From: a virus
Taxonomy: Duplodnaviria > Caudoviricetes
Length of the DNA: 47,896 nt
Virus record (IMG/VR): IMGVR_UViG_3300012943_000013
Coordinates: 1 to 47,896 of that record
Reading direction: 5' to 3' (one strand)
Both the position numbers and the translations under genes were made by a program. Positions 26,012 to 33,771 of this stretch are shown here, piece by piece (position 1 is the stretch's first letter; every line of letters begins with the position of its first letter). Under the pieces are notes generated by a model, which saw only the letters and a list, made by a program, of their open reading frames with translations, did no database searches and was not told the DNA's origin.

Positions 26012-26087
26012 TGGTGGAGGCGACGGGACTCGAACCCGTATCTCCTTGGGGATAAGCCCTGTTGCTCTTCCCTTGAGCTACGCCCCC
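26012..26087 (-). tRNA. tRNA-like RNA with Ala identity (G3:U70, A73, CCA) and non-canonical anticodon arm
   Basis: GGGGGCG-TA-GCTC-AAGGGAA-GAGC-[24 nt]-ACGGG-TTCGAGT-CCCGT-CGCCTCC-ACCA. Confidence 0.8.
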
Positions 26088-26094
26088 TGTGGCT

Positions 26095-26868
26095 TTAGAG
26101 GGCTGCCATGAGCTCGGCCTTCAGCTGCTCGAGGCGATGCTTGGCGGCGGCGATGTCCGCAACGATGTCCGCTACGGACCGCCCACCGCTGGTCAGCGGA
26201 GCACTCGCCAGTGGAGCGCTCGGCGGCGGCAGAGGCTGGCTCACCGGCGCTGCTGCTGCTGCTGCTGCTGCTTTGTTCGCGTGGAGCGTTGCCATGCGCT
26301 TGGCCGTCTTCTCAGCCTTGGCGCGCTCCATCTCCTCGGCCCGCACCCAATTCCCGAACACCGTCTTTTCCACTTCATGGCGCGCCGCAAACACGCGGTA
26401 CGTCAGCGTCGGGTCCTGCGCCCGCTCGTCCAGAAATGCCCTGGCCAGCTTCACGCGGTACTCCTCGTGGTACATCTTCCGTCCATCGGCGCCGATGGAC
26501 TTCACCCCTTCGGGCAGCGGCTTTGCCTTAGGCATCTCGACCTCCACCGGTGGCTCGGGCGCAGTGGGTGGCGCGGGCCTCGACAGCAGCGTCTCGTGCT
26601 CGGCCTTCACGGGTGGTGGAGGCTCGGAAGGCGCTGGCATCTGCGGGCGTATCAAGGCAACGGGAGCGCGGAGCACCGGCGTCTCCTCGCGGCGCCGAGG
26701 CGGGGGCGGGTCGCGACGCTCCGCGGGCTGCTCGACGTATCCCCGGTCTGGCCCGCTGTGTGATGACGGCGGCGGGCGCCGGTTGATGTCGTTGGCTCTC
26801 ATGTCGGCGCGCCAGTTGCCGCCCTTGGCGGCTATCGCATCTCCAAGCGTGGTTAGAGGCTTGCTCAT
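26095..26868 (-). CDS. Pro-rich protein with homeodomain-like HTH and C-terminal coiled coil
   Basis: 'YHEEYRVKL...TYRVFAARHEVEKTVFGNWVR'. Confidence 0.65.
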   Translation of the reverse strand: MSKPLTTLGDAIAAKGGNWRADMRANDINRRPPPSSHSGPDRGYVEQPAERRDPPPPRRREETPVLRAPVALIRPQMPAPSEPPPPVKAEHETLLSRPAPPTAPEPPVEVEMPKAKPLPEGVKSIGADGRKMYHEEYRVKLARAFLDERAQDPTLTYRVFAARHEVEKTVFGNWVRAEEMERAKAEKTAKRMATLHANKAAAAAAAAPVSQPLPPPSAPLASAPLTSGGRSVADIVADIAAAKHRLEQLKAELMAAL

Positions 26869-26949
26869 AGGCTCTCATTCGGTGTTCGGTTCCTGGTGTT
26901 GGGGCGAGGCGCGTTGCTCATGCACGCCTCGTGTCCCCCGGGTTGTCCT

Positions 26950-27078
26950 TCAGCGCAGTAGCGAGGCGAGCCCGCTCAGCGTGTCGGTGTGCAGTCTGTC
27001 GATGAGCCAGGCCGCGACCGTGAGCGGCACCAGCATGTGGATTGCGTACAATGTGCGAAGCTTGAGGTGGTTGAGCAT
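26950..27078 (-). CDS. small hydrophobic protein (42 aa, MLNHLKLRTLYAIHML...)
   Basis: GGAGG RBS plus ATG. Confidence 0.45.
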   Translation of the reverse strand: MLNHLKLRTLYAIHMLVPLTVAAWLIDRLHTDTLSGLASLLR

Positions 27079-27130
27079 CCGAGTCCTCCAGCGCCGGAGC
27101 GTGGCACCAGTGTGGCGCTCTGGTCCATCG

Positions 27131-27379
27131 CTAAGCGATGGCGCGCCGCTCGGCGGCGAGCTGCTCGTTGGCCACCCGCTCGCCGAGCAGGATGCCGAGC
27201 TTGTTCGCGAGATGATCGGCGAGCCGCTGCGTGATGAGGCCCCTTTCGTGCAGCATCGCGATGGCCGTAATGCTCTCTGCCGCCTCCTCCACCACGCCGG
27301 GGTCGAGCAGCCCCTCGCGTACCGACTGCTGCAAGTGCTCCCTGATGTGTGCTCCTAGCTCTCCGATGTTCGCGTTCAT
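27131..27379 (-). CDS. hypothetical helical protein
   Basis: ATGA-coupled 82-aa ORF. Confidence 0.6.
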   Translation of the reverse strand: MNANIGELGAHIREHLQQSVREGLLDPGVVEEAAESITAIAMLHERGLITQRLADHLANKLGILLGERVANEQLAAERRAIA

Positions 27380-27717
27380 GGCCCGCCCTTCTTGTTTTTG
27401 GGGTCCCTCTCGAGCGTGAGGCGCAGATCGTCCGGCATCTCGACCGTTCGTGCTTCGCTGAGCGGGGGCGGCGGCGCGTGCGTGAGCTGGAGGCTCTGCA
27501 CGTGCCGCTTGGCCCGCTCCTCGTGGAGGTTATCGAGACGCAGCGAGATGAGCTTCGCCACGTCGGCGTGCTTATCCAGCCGCTTGCCGATGACGTTCAC
27601 GACCACCAAGGCCGCGACGACCACCACGATTGCCAAGACGATGAAGGGCAGGAGCGCGAGCGCCAGCCCCTCGAGGAGGTCGAGAATATCCACCCCCCAC
27701 GTGTACCATGAGGGCAC
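27376..27717 (-). CDS. membrane protein (start uncertain)
   Basis: Long hydrophobic segment LALALLPFIVLAIVVVVAALVVV. Confidence 0.6.
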   Translation of the reverse strand: MPSWYTWGVDILDLLEGLALALLPFIVLAIVVVVAALVVVNVIGKRLDKHADVAKLISLRLDNLHEERAKRHVQSLQLTHAPPPPLSEARTVEMPDDLRLTLERDPKNKKGGP

Positions 27718-27774
27718 CGGCCCCTTGTAGGTGTCAAGTACCCTCCCCGCACGCTCACCCCTCCGGGTGAAGGG

Positions 27775-28308
27775 CTACGATGTGGGAGCGACCACGGCAG
27801 CCAATTGCGTCGCGAGCTGCTCGCACTCGTCCTTCACGTAATCGAGGCGACGGTAGCGCTCATCGCGGTCGAGCCACGAGTCCACCGTCAACGGCGGCTC
27901 GACGTAGGGCTTCCACGGGCGGATGCCACTCCGCGAGAGCCTCGCGTTGAGCCCTGGGCTGTAGTCGCCTGCATGCGAGCAATCGAAGCCGAGCCACCAT
28001 ACGTGATCGGGCTCACCCGGCGCGGGCACGTGGCAGATGTGGCCTGCGCACTCGGCCGCGTACGTGATGCCGCCGTGCGCGTTCAGCTCGGAGACGCGGT
28101 CGTCGTCGTTCTCGCCGCCCGTGCCCCAGCCGCTCTTGCCGTGCAACGGATGGCCCGGAGGTAACCCCACGTAGCCACACCACGCACCCATGGGGCCGCG
28201 CAGCGCTAGGCACACGAATCCCTGACTGCGCCACTCGACGCGGTCGGGCTCCTCTTGCCACGGACCCGGGCCCCAGTTCTCCTTCTTGTCGTCTTCCCGT
28301 TCAGTCAT
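27775..28308 (-). CDS. phage hypothetical protein
   Basis: 'GPWQEEPD','WCGYVGLPPGHPLHG','HGGITY','WWLGFDCSHAGD'. Confidence 0.8.
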   Translation of the reverse strand: MTEREDDKKENWGPGPWQEEPDRVEWRSQGFVCLALRGPMGAWCGYVGLPPGHPLHGKSGWGTGGENDDDRVSELNAHGGITYAAECAGHICHVPAPGEPDHVWWLGFDCSHAGDYSPGLNARLSRSGIRPWKPYVEPPLTVDSWLDRDERYRRLDYVKDECEQLATQLAAVVAPTS

Positions 28309-28939
28309 CCCTCTCGCTCTCCTTCCATTCGCAATTGCGGCATTGCACCGTGGCGACGCCGTTGACCAGCGTCAGTATGGCTCCGCCGTACACTGGACAG
28401 GCTGGGCACTTGCCGCCGCCCTGCAGGCCCTTGCCTTCGCCGAGTAGGCTGCGCACGACGCCCCAGAACGCCAGCTCCGGCATGCGCCTCGCCATGCCTC
28501 GGTTGGCGAGGCGCTGGTTCTCGATGCGCTGCTCGAGGCGCTTGCGCACCTGCTTGCTCTCGTCCAGCTCCGCCCGCAGCCGCTCGACCTCGGCGCTCAG
28601 CCGCGAGCGCTCCCTGACGAGCCAGCACACCGCGTCGATGCGCTCGTTGTGCACCGCGATGCTCGGGATGAGGTTGGCCAGCACTTCGAGGTGCCGCACG
28701 ACGGTAGCGTTGTCGTCCAGCAGCTTCTCGCCTGCCGCCATCACCTTGGCGTACAGCTCGGGCGGCAGTTGGGGCGGGGGCGATGCCAGCGCGCACTCGA
28801 GGCTCCCGCAATCGTTGCAACGGCCCCCATCGCCGACGTACCCGCTCACGCACGGCAGCTTCTCGTCGCTCATCGGTTGCCCTTCCCCTTGCCGCGGTTT
28901 CGGATCTCCCCGCTCTTCCCTGGTCACCGGCTTTCTCAT
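28301..28939 (-). CDS. hypothetical protein, coiled coil flanked by Zn fingers
   Basis: CNDC, CPAC..CRNC; start may be 28873. Confidence 0.6.
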   Translation of the reverse strand: MRKPVTREERGDPKPRQGEGQPMSDEKLPCVSGYVGDGGRCNDCGSLECALASPPPQLPPELYAKVMAAGEKLLDDNATVVRHLEVLANLIPSIAVHNERIDAVCWLVRERSRLSAEVERLRAELDESKQVRKRLEQRIENQRLANRGMARRMPELAFWGVVRSLLGEGKGLQGGGKCPACPVYGGAILTLVNGVATVQCRNCEWKESERDD

Positions 28940-29193
28940 CGCTTCCCCTTCGCCACCTTGAGGCGGATGGAGGTGATGGGCTTTAGCGCTTTGCGTCGCA
29001 CGCCGGGGTCAGCGATGGCGCCCTTCTCGTGCAGCTTCTTGAGCCGATAGCGCACGCCGGTCCAGTGCACGCCGAGGACCTTGGCGAGCTCGCGGAGCGT
29101 CGGCGGGTAGCCGTGCGTGAGCACGTAGTTGGTGTGAGCGGCCAGGGTCTCCTTTTCCCCCGTGGTCAGCTCGAGGTTCGGGGCTAGGGGCAT
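28936..29193 (-). CDS. LexA-type winged-helix repressor, DNA-binding domain only
   Basis: 'HGYPPTLRELAKVLGV..GVRYRLKKLHEKGAI'; 85 aa with no S24 peptidase; divergent from the xis/int operon. Confidence 0.75.
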   Translation of the reverse strand: MPLAPNLELTTGEKETLAAHTNYVLTHGYPPTLRELAKVLGVHWTGVRYRLKKLHEKGAIADPGVRRKALKPITSIRLKVAKGKR

Positions 29194-29448
29194 GCGTTCT
29201 GCGTTTCCTTCCGTTAACGTCTGGACTTGAGTAAACGGTTTATACATCATGTAGACACCGTGCCAGTTGATCAACCCCAATCGTCACCCCGCTGGGGGAT
29301 GTGTGGGGCGCGCACCCCCGCGCACCGAACTGACACGCTCGAGGCGTTTGGCCATGACACGTCACCGCCACGGTCTGTATACCGTAGCGGCCCGGTAGCG
29401 AGACGTAGCGCAGCACACGCTACGTCCGGACACAAGGAGGTGGAACCG
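29194..29448. promoter_or_regulatory. divergent control (switch) region
   Basis: AT-richer start, GTTTATACA motif (also at 32916), several inverted repeats. Confidence 0.55.
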
Positions 29449-29790
29449 ATGGACGAGTTTCTGGACAAGCTCGCCGAGGTCTTAGCTAAGAAACTGGCTA
29501 AGTGTCTCGGCGGGCCCGACGGCAATGCGTTGGTCGGGCAGGGCGAGAGCCCGCTCGGCCCACGCAAGCACTGCGCTGCTGTACGGCGCAGGCTGGCCCG
29601 CAGTGAAGGGGGAGCTGCCCGAGTGGGCAAGCGATATCTACTCACCCAGGAGGCGCTCCAGGCGGAGCTGCGGATGGAGAGCGGGCCCGTGAACGACACG
29701 GACCCACCCGCCGCCGCTGCTCTACCGGTCTCGGACCCCGAGGACGACGCCATCTACGAGAGCCTCCTGCGCAAAACAGGAAGGAAGTAA
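29449..29790 (+). CDS. excisionase-like / recombination directionality factor candidate
   Basis: AAGGAGG RBS; 'AARVGKRYLLTQEAL' wing motif; immediately upstream of the integrase. Confidence 0.5.
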   Translation: MDEFLDKLAEVLAKKLAKCLGGPDGNALVGQGESPLGPRKHCAAVRRRLARSEGGAARVGKRYLLTQEALQAELRMESGPVNDTDPPAAAALPVSDPEDDAIYESLLRKTGRK

Positions 29791-29794
29791 CGCA

Positions 29795-31066
29795 ATGGCT
29801 AAACCGGTGGAACAAGGCTACGAGATCAGGGTTCGTTTGGGCGGGGGAAAGCGCCTCGAGCGCAACATCCCCAAGACGCTGACGCAGACCCAGGCCGATG
29901 CTCGGGAAGAGGTGATCAAGGACCTCGCCCGCCTGCTCAAGGCCGCCGGTGACCCCAAGGCAGCACACATCATGCTGAGCGACCTCGCCACCGCCAAAAC
30001 GGTGGACGAGGGCGCCAAGCTCGAGAAGGCCATCCGGCGCTTCATTCGCGACAACACCGGGCGGGGCACCCCGTCCCCCCAGCCCCACATGATCACGTTC
30101 CGTGAATTCGGGATGCGGTGGGCGACGGGTCAGCTCGCCAAGGAGCACCCCCACTATCTGCGGGTCCCGAGCGACACCCACATGCGCAACAACTGCAGCC
30201 GGGTGCGCAAGCTGAGCGAGACCGTCGGCGACGTGCCGCTGGTGCTGTTCACCCACGAGGATGCCAAGCGCGCGCTCGCCGCTGCCACTCGCAAGGACGC
30301 GAGCAGCACGACGTTCCGTCATCACGCCCAGGTCATCCAGACGATCCTGCGCAAGGCCATCGAGCCGTGCGGGATCATCAAAGCCGAGAAGTACCCACTC
30401 CCCTGGAAGGGCTTCCTCCCCGTCATCGAGGCGCCCCCCATGTACCCCATCCTGTTCCCCCGCGAGGACCGCTCGCTGCTCGGCGAGTCGGACATCCCGC
30501 CGTGGCGCCGGGTGCTCTATGGGTTCTCCGTCCGTGAGGGGATGCGCGTGTCGCATATGTTCCGCCTCAAGTGGGGCAACGTCGACTTCGAGAACGGCAC
30601 CATCACCGTCGGCATCGGCAAGAACAACGCCGACGCCCGCAGCTGGGACCTGAACGCCGGGGTGGCCAAGGTGCTCTACCAGTTCAAGGGCGGGGCCAAG
30701 GCCCGCGACTTCATCTTCCCCCGGCTCGACCACGACGAGATCGTCGAGCTCGCCGAGGGGCTGCGCACCGACCTCAAGCGGGCGGGGCTCGAGCGAGCCG
30801 ACCTGTTCGCCAGCGGCGACGGGCAGGAGCCCATCCGCTTCCAGGACCTGCGAGCCACGTTCGTCTCCCTCCACCTCGCCATGGGGTGGAGCGAGGTCGA
30901 CGTGATGCTCCGGACCCAGCACACCAGCACCACCGTTCTCCACCACCGGTACGCCCGGCGGCTGGCCCTCGCGAAGACCATCGTGAAGCGCCAGGGCCCC
31001 CTCCTTCCCCTGGACCAGGTCCTGAAGGGTGGGGGGAGCCGTGGGGGTAGTGTCCAAGGAAACTAA
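29795..31066 (+). CDS. int: tyrosine integrase
   Basis: 'GMRVSHMFRLKWGNVDF', 'FQDLRATF', 'QHTS...RY'; attP directly downstream. Confidence 0.92.
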   Translation: MAKPVEQGYEIRVRLGGGKRLERNIPKTLTQTQADAREEVIKDLARLLKAAGDPKAAHIMLSDLATAKTVDEGAKLEKAIRRFIRDNTGRGTPSPQPHMITFREFGMRWATGQLAKEHPHYLRVPSDTHMRNNCSRVRKLSETVGDVPLVLFTHEDAKRALAAATRKDASSTTFRHHAQVIQTILRKAIEPCGIIKAEKYPLPWKGFLPVIEAPPMYPILFPREDRSLLGESDIPPWRRVLYGFSVREGMRVSHMFRLKWGNVDFENGTITVGIGKNNADARSWDLNAGVAKVLYQFKGGAKARDFIFPRLDHDEIVELAEGLRTDLKRAGLERADLFASGDGQEPIRFQDLRATFVSLHLAMGWSEVDVMLRTQHTSTTVLHHRYARRLALAKTIVKRQGPLLPLDQVLKGGGSRGGSVQGN

Positions 31067-31269
31067 TCGATTCAGCATGATTTACGGTACGCCCGGAGGG
31101 AATTGAACCCCCGACTAGCGGATTAGAAATCCGTCATGGCGCCAATGGCGCCCGTTGGTGGTCTAAAAACTCCGAGTAATCCTCCTCCAGGCGCCACGAG
31201 CGGCGCCTACCCCCACCCGTCCGAAGCCAGGGTGGGGGTAGCTGGGAGGGGGGTATGGGGGGAGCCGTG
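31030..31269. repeat. 14-bp direct repeat TGGGGGGAGCCGTG flanking the attP core (putative integrase arm sites)
   Basis: Copies at 31030-31043 and 31256-31269; GTGGGGGTAG also occurs on both sides. Confidence 0.6.
31085..31134 (-). mobile_element. attP: attP core: 3' half of tRNA-Arg(UCU)
   Basis: Minus strand ACGGA-TTTCTAA-TCCGC-TAGTC-GGGGG-TTCAATT-CCCTC-CGGGCGT-ACC; no D arm or 5' acceptor strand. Confidence 0.88.
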
Positions 31270-31329
31270 CCCCCGAGAGACCACGTACCCACATGACGTG
31301 GGGAGTAGGGCCAAGGAGGGCCCCCACCG

Positions 31330-31617
31330 ATGCAAGCAGACCGACCCTTACCGCCTCGTCCGCCCACCGCTCGCCGCGTCACCAAGAAGCAGATCGAGGT
31401 CCTGCAGTTCATCCTCGACCACCAGGGCAAGCACGGCGTCGCCCCCACCCGGATCGAGATGCGGGTCCACTTCGGGTGGCGCTCGACGTTCTCGTCCGTC
31501 ACCCACATCGAGTCCCTCGCTCGCAAAGGGCTCGTGACCTGGACCCCGACCAAGGCCCGTACCCTCAAGGTCACCGAGGCGGGGCGCATGGCGGCGCGGA
31601 TGGGGGGCTCGCTGTGA
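31330..31617 (+). CDS. LexA-type DNA-binding domain protein (no peptidase)
   Basis: 'TKKQIEVLQFI..HGVAPTRIEM..HFGWRS..HIESLARKG..KARTL'; AAGGAGG RBS. Confidence 0.85.
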   Translation: MQADRPLPPRPPTARRVTKKQIEVLQFILDHQGKHGVAPTRIEMRVHFGWRSTFSSVTHIESLARKGLVTWTPTKARTLKVTEAGRMAARMGGSL

Positions 31618-32657
31618 GGCAGTACTGGACCCCCGTCTTCCGGGACATGCTGCAGTCGAGCATCTGGATCACCGACCCCACCACGCGGTGCGTGTGGATC
31701 ACGTTCCTCTTGAGCGCCGACCCCGAGGGCTACGTGCCGGGCGCCATCCCCGGTATCGCCCACGCCGCCAACGTGAGCCTCGAGGACGCCGAGCGCGCCA
31801 TCGCTCTCCTGCTCGCCCCCGACCCGTACTCGCGCTCCACCGAGCACGAGGGACGGCGCATCGAGACGGTGCCCCGCGGCTGGCGCATCCTCGGCTTCGT
31901 CGAGGCGCGCAAGCGGGCGGTCGCCGAGAGCGAGAAGAGCCGCAAACGGGAGTGGGCTCGGACCAACCGGAAGCGGCTCGCCGCCAACGACAACGCCGAC
32001 CCCGAGATGGGCGACACGATCGTGTCGTCGATGCCCGTAGCGACGAGTAGCGAAACCGTCGACGCAACTAAAACGAAAACCAAAACTAAAACTCTCTCCT
32101 CGGAAGGAGAGATCCCCCCTACCCCCCACGGGGTCTTCGACGCTCCAGTGCAGCCGCTCGTGCTGCGGGAGATCCCCGAGGGGCTGAGCTTCGAGCACCT
32201 GCGACCCGAAGCCGTCGCGGCGGGCGTCACCCCTGCCGACTTCGACCGGCGCCTCGCCGACCTGCGCAAGGGCCCCATCGGGGGCCAACGTGGGGTGTTC
32301 GCCCACAAGCTGGACGACTACGTGAGGGGCTTCTTCGGCAACTGGAAGACCTGGGGCGAGACCGAGCGCGTGAAGGCCCAACGCGACGCCGTGGCGCCAC
32401 CAGGACGCGCCTTTGGCGGCGGGGTGGGGGGTAACCAGGGGGGACCCACCGGAGCGCGCTACACGGGCTGGGGACGCAACCCAGACGTGCGCCATCGGGA
32501 GCTCGCCGAGAAGCTGAAGCTCGACGTCTACGGTGAGCTTCGGGACTTCATTAGCAGCGGCGCCGCCGACCTCGTGACCCACGCCGAAGCCGACAAGCTG
32601 TTCGCCGCTCACCTCAAGCGCCGCGCCACCGAGAAGCGCCAGCGGGGGGTCGCGTGA
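31614..32657 (+). CDS. replication initiator / replisome organiser-like protein
   Basis: N-terminal wHTH ('SSIW..D..TRCVWITFLLSAD..G'), charged helix, TKTKTK linker typical of phage O-like initiators; GTGA coupled. Confidence 0.7.
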   Translation: MRQYWTPVFRDMLQSSIWITDPTTRCVWITFLLSADPEGYVPGAIPGIAHAANVSLEDAERAIALLLAPDPYSRSTEHEGRRIETVPRGWRILGFVEARKRAVAESEKSRKREWARTNRKRLAANDNADPEMGDTIVSSMPVATSSETVDATKTKTKTKTLSSEGEIPPTPHGVFDAPVQPLVLREIPEGLSFEHLRPEAVAAGVTPADFDRRLADLRKGPIGGQRGVFAHKLDDYVRGFFGNWKTWGETERVKAQRDAVAPPGRAFGGGVGGNQGGPTGARYTGWGRNPDVRHRELAEKLKLDVYGELRDFISSGAADLVTHAEADKLFAAHLKRRATEKRQRGVA

Positions 32658-32860
32658 AGACCAACATCGACGTCGACTTCGAGCTGCGCCGCTGTTGGAC
32701 GTGCGGGCGCTTCTACTACATCGAACGGGAGCGCCGCGCCGACTGCCCCTACTGCGCCGTCCGGCTCGAGCATGAGGCGCAGGCCTTCGCGGCCCAGCTC
32801 GCCCGGTCCATCGTCGCGCTGCGCGGCACCATCACCCGCCTCAAGAAGCGACGACGCTGA
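32654..32860 (+). CDS. small Zn-ribbon/coiled-coil protein
   Basis: CWTC..CPYC. Confidence 0.65.
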   Translation: MKTNIDVDFELRRCWTCGRFYYIERERRADCPYCAVRLEHEAQAFAAQLARSIVALRGTITRLKKRRR

Positions 32861-32897
32861 TTTGTGTCCCGCCCCGGGACGAACACGCCAGATTGCC

Positions 32898-32926
32898 TTG
32901 CAGACAGTAGAACAAGTTTATACAAG
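32898..32926 (+). promoter_or_regulatory. putative promoter/operator for the recombination operon
   Basis: TTGCAG-17-TACAAG in an AT-rich island, containing GTTTATACA. Confidence 0.45.
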
Positions 32927-32940
32927 AACAGAGGTGACCC

Positions 32941-33123
32941 TTGTTTGTGATCGAGTTTATTTGGAAGCAGCGGCTCTACGATGCCGAGGAACCCAACGAC
33001 CTCGACTGGACTCCCATCCTGTCCGTCGAGTACGCGACGGAGGAGCTGGCCAACGACAACTGCCGGCTCTGCGAGCTGGACGATTCCAGCTACGTCTACC
33101 GCCCGCGGGAGGTGGCAGCGTGA
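32941..33123 (+). CDS. small acidic protein
   Basis: GAGGTG RBS; GTGA coupling to the next gene. Confidence 0.6.
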   Translation: MFVIEFIWKQRLYDAEEPNDLDWTPILSVEYATEELANDNCRLCELDDSSYVYRPREVAA

Positions 33124-33377
33124 CCCGGAGCGCCTCGCTCTACGCCGAGCACCGAGCCCGCGATGGGTTCAAGCGCAACATGGATCGCCTGCGCCTGGCG
33201 CTCGCGTTCGGTGACGCCCGCCGTCACCTCGACCCCCTGCTCGAGCTGTGCGAGCTGCACCTCGCTGGCTGCGGCGACAACCGGCTCGCCGACGACTTCA
33301 AGCAGCAGCTCGACCGCAGCAAGCGGCTCGTCGAGGTGCGTCACATCCTGCTCTCCAAGGAGGCCGCCAATGATTGA
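33120..33377 (+). CDS. hypothetical helical protein (ends EAAND)
   Basis: Coupled GTG start. Confidence 0.6.
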   Translation: MTRSASLYAEHRARDGFKRNMDRLRLALAFGDARRHLDPLLELCELHLAGCGDNRLADDFKQQLDRSKRLVEVRHILLSKEAAND

Positions 33378-33771
33378 GCTCCGCGAGTGCTGCGCCAACT
33401 GCAGCCGCAACCTCTGCCTCTACGAGCGCCACAGCTCCTGGGTCGTGTCCTGCTACCACGGCTGCTACGACCCGGGCGCCGACGACTCGGCCGTCGCCGA
33501 GCTGCTCTCGGGCTGGGGCGATACCCCCGAGGACGCGATGACCGACTACGTCAACAGTCGGGAGGCGCTCGACCTCGACCCCCTCTACGTGCCGAGCGAG
33601 CTGGCCTCGTTCATCGTGCCGCCCCCACCCGAGGGCTTCGTCATCAGCCCTGACCCGAGCGAGCCCGCCCGCTTGTTCTTCGAGAGCCTGTCCAGCGCCG
33701 AGCGCCACCCCGAGCTCGGACCCATCTACTACGGGCCCATGCTGGCCCAGAAAGCAGCGAACGACTCATGA
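33370..33771 (+). CDS. hypothetical protein (ends KAANDS)
   Basis: AGGAGG RBS, Cys-rich N-terminus, ATGA coupling. Confidence 0.6.
   Translation: MIELRECCANCSRNLCLYERHSSWVVSCYHGCYDPGADDSAVAELLSGWGDTPEDAMTDYVNSREALDLDPLYVPSELASFIVPPPPEGFVISPDPSEPARLFFESLSSAERHPELGPIYYGPMLAQKAANDS

Noticed and set aside
26012-26087. Evidence for stop-codon reassignment via a UUA suppressor, or a second att site
   Set aside because: Genes read normally in code 11, with TAA used as a stop (portal, int); the RNA has both acceptor strands and is 3.7 kb from int
26095-26868. IS3-family transposase OrfA because of the HTH pattern
   Set aside because: No DDE OrfB and no terminal inverted repeats nearby
27700-27775. 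TTGACA on the minus strand (27732-27737) as a promoter
   Set aside because: No convincing -10 hexamer at 16-18 bp spacing
31085-31134. Functional tRNA-Arg gene
   Set aside because: The 5' acceptor strand and D arm are absent; it is the attP core
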